Assembly (NCBI GenBank): GCA_034086705.1
Contig: JAXDZV010000030.1
Location: 14,209 to 78,208, forward strand
Direction of reading: 5' to 3'
Origin: Eubacteriales bacterium
Lineage (GTDB): Bacteria; Bacillota; Clostridia; Oscillospirales; CAG-272
DNA: 64,000 bases
The notes under the pieces were generated by a model, which made no database searches, was not told the DNA's origin, and saw nothing but the letters and a program-made list of their open reading frames with translations. The translations under genes were made by a program, and so were the position numbers. Shown here in pieces: positions 53,724 to 61,336 of this stretch; the first letter of the stretch is position 1, and every line of letters begins with the position of its first letter.

Positions 53724-54551
53724 ATGTCTCAAGCTCAAGCGCCGTCTTTAGAACGCCGCGTGTTCATTGTGACATCCGCCAAAGGCGGCGTTGGAAAGAC
53801 AACAGTTTCCGCCGCACTCGCATCTTTGCTGGCAGCTCATGAGCATCGGGTATTGGCAATTGACTTGGATTTGTCCAACCGCTGTTTGGATCTTCTCTGC
53901 GGCATCCAGGATCTGGCATTATACCACATACGCGATGTGGCACAAGGCACACCTCTTTCGCGTGCTGTTGTTGCAGATCCAGTACAGCAGAATTTGTTTT
54001 ATCTTACCGCCCCCATGGGCGGATATACAGACCGCCTGCCAAAAGATGCGCTGTGTGCACTGTTACACACCATTTGCAGCGATACTGCATATGACCGTAT
54101 CGTTATAGATACGCCGGGAGCCTTTGATGACGTTCTTCTTTGCGCAGCTGCCGTAGCCGATGAAGCAATTGTTGTTTCAACCGCTCAACAAACTGCCCTT
54201 CGTTCCGCACAGGTCACCGGATTTGAGCTGGCAAAACAGGGGCTTGCCAAGCGTTCTCTCTTGATTAACTGCTACCCGAAAGCCAAACCGGATCTGCAAA
54301 GCACCGCGGAACTAATTCAGTATATTGATGAAACCGCGTTGCAGCTGCTTGGCATCGTTCCGTTTGAAAAAAAGCTCGGCACATTGCAAAATCGCGGCCT
54401 ACTCGTCACAGACGACATTTATCGTAAAACGCACTTTCGCCGAGCTATGGAGCGCGTTACCGCGCGGCTGGAGGGCGAGCATGTCCCCATAGGCGCAAAA
54501 TACCGTTTTCCAACGCCGTCCGACGCAATTTACGATCACCGGGAGGAATAA
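53724..54551 (+). CDS. MinD/ParA-family P-loop ATPase (orphan)
   Basis: Deviant Walker A TSAKGGVGKTT and Walker B-like RIVIDTPG. An RBS (gggagaggg) is present. No C-terminal amphipathic helix is evident. Confidence 0.8.
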   Translation: MSQAQAPSLERRVFIVTSAKGGVGKTTVSAALASLLAAHEHRVLAIDLDLSNRCLDLLCGIQDLALYHIRDVAQGTPLSRAVVADPVQQNLFYLTAPMGGYTDRLPKDALCALLHTICSDTAYDRIVIDTPGAFDDVLLCAAAVADEAIVVSTAQQTALRSAQVTGFELAKQGLAKRSLLINCYPKAKPDLQSTAELIQYIDETALQLLGIVPFEKKLGTLQNRGLLVTDDIYRKTHFRRAMERVTARLEGEHVPIGAKYRFPTPSDAIYDHREE

Positions 54552-54556
54552 AAAGT

Positions 54557-54997
54557 ATGGAAATTGCTCTGATCTCTAATGATTCAAAAAAAGAACTGAT
54601 GACGCAGTTCTGTATTGCTTACTGTGGGATTCTTAGCAAGCATCATATCTGCGCAACAAACACTACGGGGAAATACGTTGAAGAAGCTACCGGCCTGAAG
54701 TTGGAGCGTTTGCTTTCCGGTGAGCAAGGAGGGCTGGAACAAATCATCTCCCGCATCTCTTATGATGAAATTGATTTAGTTTTAGATTTTCGCGATACAA
54801 CTTCCGCGGAAACTTATGCCAGTAAGGTTGAGCTCTGGCTCAACCAAATGTGTGACCAACACAATATTCCGCTTGCCACCAACATTGCAACCGCAGAGGC
54901 GTTGATTTGTGCACTGGATCGCGGGGATTTCGATTATCGTGAGATCATCAACCCCAAAAGCGAATACAACCGAAAAAAACGCGGACTAAGCTACTGA
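54557..54997 (+). CDS. Methylglyoxal-synthase-like protein with substituted catalytic residues
   Basis: Collinear with B. subtilis and E. coli MgsA as remembered (IALI..D.KK, ATxTTG, EATGL, SG..GG, IDLV, NIPLATN). It has N8, L60 and Y87 at the His, Asp and His positions. Confidence 0.8.
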   Translation: MEIALISNDSKKELMTQFCIAYCGILSKHHICATNTTGKYVEEATGLKLERLLSGEQGGLEQIISRISYDEIDLVLDFRDTTSAETYASKVELWLNQMCDQHNIPLATNIATAEALICALDRGDFDYREIINPKSEYNRKKRGLSY

Positions 54998-55030
54998 GCC
55001 ATTCACAGCTTGTCGCTGTCCGTCCGATCT

Positions 55031-55066
55031 CCCCGGGACCGCACGAACGGTTCCGGGGTCTTTTGC
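55031..55066 (+). terminator. Rho-independent terminator after the MGS-like gene
   Basis: ccccgggaccg-cacgaa-cggttccgggg (11-bp stem with one G-U pair) followed by tcttttg. Confidence 0.65.
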
Positions 55067-55081
55067 AAGAAGGAGAAATTT

Positions 55082-56173
55082 ATGAAACAAACATGCCCCC
55101 CGCTGCCAGACACTGTAGCATTAACACAAGAGGGAATCGTCATCATCGAGCAAACCCTTTTGCCCGCAGAAGAAAAACTTGTCACCCTGCACACCGTTGC
55201 ACAGTTGTATGATGCTATTTGCCGGTTAGCCGTACGCGGTGCCCCTGCGATTGGTGTCAGCGCTGCTATGGGAATGTATCTCAGTGCACGTATTCATGCT
55301 GAAAAATGTACCGACTTTGCCACATTTCTACAGGCATATACCAAAGATGAACAACTGCTGCACAGCGCACGCCCCACCGCGGTAAATCTGTCTTGGGCTC
55401 TAGCACAAATGCGCAGATGTTGTCTTGCCAATGCCTCTTTACCATTGCCGCAGCTGGTAGAAGTGCTGCACCAAAAATGCCTGCAGTTACGCGACAATGA
55501 TATAGCTGTCTGCCATTCTATTGGGGAAAACGGGCTGCAGGTACTGCAGCCTGGAGACGGCCTGCTAACACACTGCAATGCCGGGGCGCTTGCCGCGGTA
55601 CGCTATGGTACCGCTACTGCACCGATTTATCTCGGCCATGCGCGCGGCTACGATTTTCACGTTTACGTAGATGAAACGCGTCCACTTCTGCAGGGGGCAA
55701 GACTCACCGCCTTTGAATTGGCGCGCGCAGGTATTTCGGTTACCTTGGAATGCGATGCCATGAGCGCATCGCTTTTGCAAACAGGCAATGTTTCTGCGGT
55801 TTTGGTCGGATGCGACCGTGTCGCTGCCAACGGAGACTTTGCAAATAAAATTGGCACCCTTCCCCTGGCGCTTGCTGCAAAGCATTTTGGCATTCCATTC
55901 TATGTCTGTGCCCCGCTGTCCACGGTCGACCCGTCCTGCCCCGATGGGAAGCATATTCCTATTGAGCAACGAAAGGCAGCAGAGGTGACGGAACAATTTT
56001 TCCGCCACCGCAGTACAGCACAGAATGTGCAGGTATACAATCCCGCTTTTGATGTCACGGATGCCGCTTTAGTCACAGGTTTTATCACAGAAGTCGGCAT
56101 TGCCCGCGCACCGTTTTGCGACACACTGGCAACCATGCGAAAAAAGGCACAGGCCGCTGCGTTTCTTTGCTGA
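55082..56173 (+). CDS. mtnA: S-methyl-5-thioribose-1-phosphate isomerase family protein
   Basis: VRGAPAIGV, RPTAVNL, THCNAG, VDETRPLLQGARLTAFEL and GCDRVAANGDFANKIGT are present. RBS gaaggag. Confidence 0.85.
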   Translation: MKQTCPPLPDTVALTQEGIVIIEQTLLPAEEKLVTLHTVAQLYDAICRLAVRGAPAIGVSAAMGMYLSARIHAEKCTDFATFLQAYTKDEQLLHSARPTAVNLSWALAQMRRCCLANASLPLPQLVEVLHQKCLQLRDNDIAVCHSIGENGLQVLQPGDGLLTHCNAGALAAVRYGTATAPIYLGHARGYDFHVYVDETRPLLQGARLTAFELARAGISVTLECDAMSASLLQTGNVSAVLVGCDRVAANGDFANKIGTLPLALAAKHFGIPFYVCAPLSTVDPSCPDGKHIPIEQRKAAEVTEQFFRHRSTAQNVQVYNPAFDVTDAALVTGFITEVGIARAPFCDTLATMRKKAQAAAFLC

Positions 56174-56209
56174 CTTGTGCGCAGATTTTGGATCGAAAAG
56201 GAGAAAACC

Positions 56210-57409
56210 ATGCTTAATCAAACCATGCAGCACCTGGGGGAAGCCCCAAGCGTGATCCGCGAAACGTTCGAATACGGCAACGCTCTTGCACAAAAGATAG
56301 GCCGTGAAAACGTATATGACTTCAGCCTGGGCAATCCGAGCACACCACCGCCCGATTGTGTCCGCCAAACAATTGCTGCTTTGAACGACATGCCGGAGCA
56401 AACCGGTTTGCACGGCTATACATCCGCACCAGGAGACCCTGCCGTCCGCAGTGCAATTGCCTTAGACTTGCAAAAACGCTTCGGCGCACAGACTGAAGCG
56501 GAAGATATCTACATGACCTGCGGCGCTGCCGCATCTTTGACCATTTCCCTGCATGCTTTGTGCATACCCGGCGACGAAGTTATCACCATTGCACCCTTCT
56601 TCCCGGAATATCGTGTATTTGTGGAGGGCACCGGTGCAAAGCTTGTTGCAGTAAAAGCGAAAGAGCCGAATTTTTCCATAGATTTCGCAGCATTGGCACA
56701 GAGTATCACTCCTCGCACAAAAGCTATTTTACTAAACACCCCAAATAACCCGACCGGTACCGTGCTTTCCGAGGACGTTTTGCGCCATCTGGGAGCATTG
56801 CTCCGAGAAAAATCAGCCCAGTACGGCACACATATTTATCTGATCAGTGACGAACCTTACCGGGAATTGGTTTGGGAAGCGCCATCCGCTCCACACGCCA
56901 TGACAGACTATTACGACGATGTGCTGATTTGCTATTCATTCTCAAAATCGCTTTCCCTACCGGGAGAACGTATCGGTTATATTGCCGTAGGCACCAAAAC
57001 ATTTGAGCGAATCCCTCTGCACGCAGCGATAGCAGGCGCTGCCCGCATGCTCGGGTTTGTATGTGCCCCTGCCATGCTGCAACGGGTTGTCGCGGCGCAT
57101 CCGGACTGTACAGCAGACTTCACCGTATACCGCAAAAACCGAGACCGGCTTTGCTCCGGTCTTCGGGCAATGGGCTTTTCCTTTGCCCCGCCGCAGGGTG
57201 CCTTTTATCTGTTTCTGCGTACACCGGAGCCGGATGCAAATGCCTTTTGCCATACCGCAAGGAAAGAGCGGCTGCTTTTTGTTCCCTCCGATTCCTTCGG
57301 CGTCAAAGGCTATGCACGCATTGCCTATTGTGTAGATACCGAGATGCTTGACCGTGCACTGCCCGCTTTTGCACGACTTGCAGCCGCTTATGGTCTGTCT
57401 GCAACTTAA
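56210..57409 (+). CDS. PLP-dependent aminotransferase (class I)
   Basis: LGNPSTPPP, NTPNNPTG and YSFSKSLSLPGERIGY (PLP lysine) are present. RBS aaaggag. Confidence 0.85.
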   Translation: MLNQTMQHLGEAPSVIRETFEYGNALAQKIGRENVYDFSLGNPSTPPPDCVRQTIAALNDMPEQTGLHGYTSAPGDPAVRSAIALDLQKRFGAQTEAEDIYMTCGAAASLTISLHALCIPGDEVITIAPFFPEYRVFVEGTGAKLVAVKAKEPNFSIDFAALAQSITPRTKAILLNTPNNPTGTVLSEDVLRHLGALLREKSAQYGTHIYLISDEPYRELVWEAPSAPHAMTDYYDDVLICYSFSKSLSLPGERIGYIAVGTKTFERIPLHAAIAGAARMLGFVCAPAMLQRVVAAHPDCTADFTVYRKNRDRLCSGLRAMGFSFAPPQGAFYLFLRTPEPDANAFCHTARKERLLFVPSDSFGVKGYARIAYCVDTEMLDRALPAFARLAAAYGLSAT

Positions 57410-57466
57410 ATGCAACAGCGGTTACATGCGGATCTTTTCGAAAAGAAATCAACAGATTTTCTGCTT

Positions 57467-58216
57467 TTACTGCGCAAGAAGTTCCCGCACTACATAAGAT
57501 GCAAGCAGCAATCCGGCTGCAGGCGGCACAAAAGAAGTGCTACCCGGCACTGTCCGCTTTCCATTTTGCGGCTCTTCCAGCATGTGCGGAACACGCGGTG
57601 CCTCATCCGAAAAAACCACCGTTAACCTTTCTACACCGCGCCGTCTGCATTCATAGCGCATTACACGTGCCAACGGGCAAACCGACGTGCTGTAAATATC
57701 ACTGACCCGCAGCCGCGACGGATCGGTTTTGTTCCCGGTTCCAAGGCAGCAAATCAACGGTGTACCGGCGCTACGGCAACAATCCAACAAGAGTAACTTC
57801 GATCGAACAGAGTCAATTGCATCTACACAGAAATCGTATGTTGCAAACGGAAACATCCCGCTGTTCTCCTGCTCAAAAAACAACGTATGCAACTCCAATT
57901 GAAGCCCCGGATTGATATCTAAAAGCCTGTGTGCAGCCGCCTGTGTTTTCTGCATACCAAGCGTTGAATGGAGTGCAACGGTCTGTCGGTTTAAATTGGA
58001 CAATGCAACAGTATCTGCATCCACCAGTGTCAATGCACCGATCCCGGCCCTCGCCAACGCCTCCGCGCACGTACCGCCTACGCCCCCCAGTCCAAACAGC
58101 GCCACATGGCAATTCTGCAGCCGTTCGATTCCTTCTGCGCCAAACAGCATGGCACTGCGTAAAAACTGTTCCTCCAAGCAAATACCGCCTTTCTCTTTCT
58201 GCAATGTGTTTTCCAT
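57467..58216 (-). CDS. tcdA: tRNA threonylcarbamoyladenosine dehydratase (ThiF/E1-like)
   Basis: VALFGLGGVGGTCAEALARAGIGALTLVDADTVALSNLNRQ is present. The start is taken at MENTLQ and is uncertain. Confidence 0.8.
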   Translation of the reverse strand: MENTLQKEKGGICLEEQFLRSAMLFGAEGIERLQNCHVALFGLGGVGGTCAEALARAGIGALTLVDADTVALSNLNRQTVALHSTLGMQKTQAAAHRLLDINPGLQLELHTLFFEQENSGMFPFATYDFCVDAIDSVRSKLLLLDCCRSAGTPLICCLGTGNKTDPSRLRVSDIYSTSVCPLARVMRYECRRRGVERLTVVFSDEAPRVPHMLEEPQNGKRTVPGSTSFVPPAAGLLLASYVVRELLAQ

Positions 58217-58282
58217 TATAAAAAAAGCATTTGTTGCCGTCAAGACCAGCACAAAATAATTTTTGGTTTTTTCGAAAAAGGC

Positions 58283-58311
58283 TTGACATTCTGCCTTTGC
58301 TTTGCTATACT
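58283..58311 (+). promoter_or_regulatory. Sigma-A-type promoter of the rrf2-rbr-bfd-rd operon
   Basis: TTGACA, 17-nt spacer, TATACT with TGc (extended -10). The 12-bp palindrome TTTTTCGAAAAA lies just upstream (58268-58279). Confidence 0.5.
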
Positions 58312-58349
58312 TTAAGTGTACTAAAAAGGTATTGTTTAGGAGAACACGC

Positions 58350-58793
58350 ATGCGCATCACAATGGAAACGGATTATGCTATCCGGATTCTGTTTTATTTA
58401 TGCAAAAAAAATACGCGCTGCGATTCTACCGACATGGTACAGCAGCTCGGAATTCCCCCAAGATACTGCTTGAAGATTTTGCGGCGTCTCAGCGCAGCGG
58501 GTATGATTCGTTCTTACCCGGGAAAAGGCGGCGGCTACGAGCCATATAAAGCCCCTTGCGATATTACACTAAAGGATATTGTCGAACTGTTTGAAGGCCC
58601 CATTCAGCTCAGTCGCTGTCAGGATGAAGCATTTGATTGTACGCGTGTCAGCGACCGTGAATGTTGTGTTTTCCATCGTATTTTTGCTGTTTTAGGCGAA
58701 CAAATCGCGCAAAAGCTTGATCGGATCACACTTGCAGCCGTAACTGATCACACACGGTCCATCAATGAGATTCTCTCATTGATTCAACCATAA
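58350..58793 (+). CDS. Rrf2 family transcriptional regulator
   Basis: [13 protein letters not shown] with a wHTH. C-terminal Cys residues (C..C......CC) could ligate an Fe-S cluster. RBS aggag. Confidence 0.85.
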   Translation: MRITMETDYAIRILFYLCKKNTRCDSTDMVQQLGIPPRYCLKILRRLSAAGMIRSYPGKGGGYEPYKAPCDITLKDIVELFEGPIQLSRCQDEAFDCTRVSDRECCVFHRIFAVLGEQIAQKLDRITLAAVTDHTRSINEILSLIQP

Positions 58794-58822
58794 AATTTTA
58801 TATAAAACAGGAGGATGTACCA

Positions 58823-59371
58823 ATGAAAAAATGGAGATGTACCGTTTGCGGAGAAATCGTTGAATCCGAAACAAGACCGGAGAAATGCCCTTTGTGCTCA
58901 GCTCCGGGTGAAAAATTTGTTGAAGTTAAGGAAGACACGTTAGACTGGGCTGCTGAACACGTCATCGGTGTTGCAAAAGACGCACCGGCAGATGTGGTAG
59001 AAGGTCTGCGTGCAAACTTTAACGGTGAGTGCACTGAGGTCGGTATGTATTTGGCAATGTCTCGTGCCGCCGCACGCGAAGGTTATCCCGAAATCGCCGA
59101 ATATTGGAAAACTGCCGCATTGGAAGAAGCAGAGCACGCTGCAAAATTTGCAGAACTGCTGGGTGAGTGCGTCAGCCCGTCCACCAAAGAGAATTTAACC
59201 GTTCGTGTTGCTGCGGAAAACGGTGCAACCATGGGCAAGTTCGAGCTCGCAAAGCGTGCCAAAGAGTTGGGGCTGGATGCCATCCATGATACGGTACATG
59301 AGATGGCCCGCGATGAGGCAAGACACGGCAAAGCATTTGAAGGCCTTCTGAAGCGGTATTTTAAAAACTGA
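58823..59371 (+). CDS. Reverse rubrerythrin (N-terminal rubredoxin-like CxxC..CxxC plus C-terminal ferritin-like di-iron domain)
   Basis: [19 protein letters not shown], then EGE...EExEH and E..H helices ([25 protein letters not shown]). RBS aggagg. Confidence 0.9.
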   Translation: MKKWRCTVCGEIVESETRPEKCPLCSAPGEKFVEVKEDTLDWAAEHVIGVAKDAPADVVEGLRANFNGECTEVGMYLAMSRAAAREGYPEIAEYWKTAALEEAEHAAKFAELLGECVSPSTKENLTVRVAAENGATMGKFELAKRAKELGLDAIHDTVHEMARDEARHGKAFEGLLKRYFKN

Positions 59372-59382
59372 GGCGCAATGTC

Positions 59383-59577
59383 ATGGAAAACTACCTAATC
59401 TGTAAGTGCAAAAACGTCACTTATGCAGATGTGGAAAATGCACTGCATCACGAAGCACACTTTGAAAGCGTGGAAAAAACCTTTGCAGATGTACAGAAAA
59501 TCACGCAATGTTCAACAGGATGCGGTGGATGCCATGCTAAGATCATGGATGCCATTTCACAGATTATGAATCAGTAA
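59383..59577 (+). CDS. BFD-like [2Fe-2S]-binding domain protein
   Basis: 64 aa with the CKC...(33 aa)...CSTGCGGCH pattern. Confidence 0.7.
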   Translation: MENYLICKCKNVTYADVENALHHEAHFESVEKTFADVQKITQCSTGCGGCHAKIMDAISQIMNQ

Positions 59578-59592
59578 GTTAGGAGACTCAAT

Positions 59593-59745
59593 ATGAAATA
59601 TATTTGCCCTTGCGGCTATGTTTACGATGAAGCAGTCGGCGATCCCGAAAACGGAATCGCGCCCGGCACAAAGTGGGAAGAAGTTCCGCAGGATTATGCC
59701 TGTCCCGTATGCGGCCTTGGGAAAGACATGTTTACAGCGGAATAA
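59593..59745 (+). CDS. Rubredoxin (50 aa, not in the supplied ORF track)
   Basis: My own translation is [50 protein letters not shown]. An RBS (aggag) lies 7 nt upstream and a strong terminator follows. Confidence 0.8.
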   Translation: MKYICPCGYVYDEAVGDPENGIAPGTKWEEVPQDYACPVCGLGKDMFTAE

Positions 59746-59759
59746 AATCAATCTGCATA

Positions 59760-59800
59760 AAACGTTCCCGGCATTTGTGATGCCGGGAACGTTTCTTATT
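59760..59800. terminator. Strong terminator after rubredoxin (shared with the convergent ORF)
   Basis: aaacgttcccggca-tttgtga-tgccgggaacgttt forms a 14-bp stem followed by cttatt. Confidence 0.75.
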
Positions 59801-60155
59801 CTTTCTGCTTTGCTCGTGCCTTCTGTAGACACAGCCTGCTGCGCCAATATGCGCGTTCCCGCATCCGTATCGTGCGTGCCTGCCACCACTGTCGAATAGT
59901 ATGCAGCAAACGAGCCGTACCGCATAAAAGCAAAATTAAACCGCCACATATCACCAGTACTTTCAAAAGGCTCTGCTCCGCACTACCATGACTACGGATA
60001 CAAAACAACGGTTTTTCCCGCCTTCCCTTCCGAAAGCAGCAGCATCGAATATCATAGCTGTGCTCCATTTTCCATGGACCACCTTTTGCGAGCGCTCGCA
60101 CGGTTTTAGGATGCAAAACTGCATTTGTCTCACAAGACCGACAACCTTTTTTCAT
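59796..60155 (-). CDS. Hypothetical basic Cys-rich protein with one TM helix
   Basis: Supported only by the ORF and a hydrophobic segment LLKVLVICGGLILLLCG. No family was recognised. Confidence 0.3.
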   Translation of the reverse strand: MKKGCRSCETNAVLHPKTVRALAKGGPWKMEHSYDIRCCCFRKGRREKPLFCIRSHGSAEQSLLKVLVICGGLILLLCGTARLLHTIRQWWQARTIRMRERAYWRSRLCLQKARAKQKE

Positions 60156-60329
60156 ACGTTTTCCTCTCTTTCCCTGCAAAGGCCGTTTTTCTTTTAATAT
60201 TTTTGTGCACCGTCATGTTTTTTATGCATGTTCCTGACAAAGAAGACACATAAAAACCTACAGCTGCGCATAAAATGCCGCAAGAAACAGAAAACGGAAA
60301 ACAATATTGTATTTGGAAAGGAGAAACGC

Positions 60330-61208
60330 ATGGAAACTCTGCCCTTCACATATGATTCTATCTGTCAGTCTTTCAGCACTCTTGCGGCACAAAGTAGCGC
60401 CGTACAGTATACGACTCTTGGAAAAAGCCTGTGTGGGCGGCCAATTCCCTTGATTTTGCTCGGACAGGGGGCACATTCTGTCCTGTTCGTAAGTACGCAT
60501 CATGGCTGTGAATGGCTGACCGCCGGTCTTCTGCTCGCCTTTGCAAAAGAATATGCCGCAGCATTTCGGGCGGAAAAAAACATCTGCTCTATCAATATCT
60601 CCTACCTGTTTCATACGCGAAGTATCTGTCTTGTTCCTGTCTTAAATCCGGATGGCATGGTTTTATCACAAACCGGCGCCGATGCCAAAAACCCGTTGGC
60701 GACACAGCTACTCACCGAATGTGGTACAGATGCTGCACACTACCGTGGTAACGGACGCGGCGTAGACCTCAACCGCAACTACGATGCGGAATTTGCACAA
60801 AACACCCCCTCAAGTGACATCTCCTCCCGCTGCAACTGCGGTATGCACCCGGAAAGTGAGCCAGAAACAGCAGCCCTGTGCGCATTTATCCGTAGCAAAG
60901 CACCGTTTGATCTGCTGCTCAGCTTGCATACGGCAGGAGAAGAAATATATTGGGATTATCGTGGGCATGCCGGCAGCCGTGGAAAATGCATTGCACAGGT
61001 TCTTTCCAGACTGTCCGGGTATCCGCTCGCATCCCCACCGCCGCAAAGCAGTGCCGGTGGTTTGAAAGATTGGTATCAGGCAACATTTCATGCTCCTGCA
61101 TTCACCTTGGAATGCGGCAAAGGCGCAACTCCCGTTGCACCCACCGCTTTGCATAGCATGTACCAGCAGCTGCGCCGTACCCTTTTCACCGCCGCCGTCC
61201 TCTCATAA
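60330..61208 (+). CDS. M14-family zinc carboxypeptidase / gamma-D-glutamyl-(L)-meso-DAP peptidase-like
   Basis: HHGCEW (HxxE zinc site), GVDLNRNY, the second zinc His in SLHTAGEEIYW, and ECG near the C-terminus. RBS aaaggag. Confidence 0.8.
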   Translation: METLPFTYDSICQSFSTLAAQSSAVQYTTLGKSLCGRPIPLILLGQGAHSVLFVSTHHGCEWLTAGLLLAFAKEYAAAFRAEKNICSINISYLFHTRSICLVPVLNPDGMVLSQTGADAKNPLATQLLTECGTDAAHYRGNGRGVDLNRNYDAEFAQNTPSSDISSRCNCGMHPESEPETAALCAFIRSKAPFDLLLSLHTAGEEIYWDYRGHAGSRGKCIAQVLSRLSGYPLASPPPQSSAGGLKDWYQATFHAPAFTLECGKGATPVAPTALHSMYQQLRRTLFTAAVLS

Positions 61209-61258
61209 ATAGTCTGTACAGCAAACCCTGTATCGCATCTCTTCTTTAGCAAAAAATC

Positions 61259-61287
61259 TTGCACTACTGCACAAACTGTGTTATACT
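61259..61287 (+). promoter_or_regulatory. Sigma-A-type promoter of cysS
   Basis: TTGCAC, 17-nt spacer, TATACT with TGt (extended -10). Confidence 0.5.
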
Positions 61288-61336
61288 AAGCAGGTAATAT
61301 GTCTATTTGATACAAAAGCAGGAGAGAAGGCAAAAG

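Noticed and set aside
61209-61336. Possible T-box leader upstream of cysS.
   Set aside because: Only about 45 nt lie between the predicted -10 and the ATG. There is no specifier-loop or T-box sequence and no terminator or antiterminator pair.
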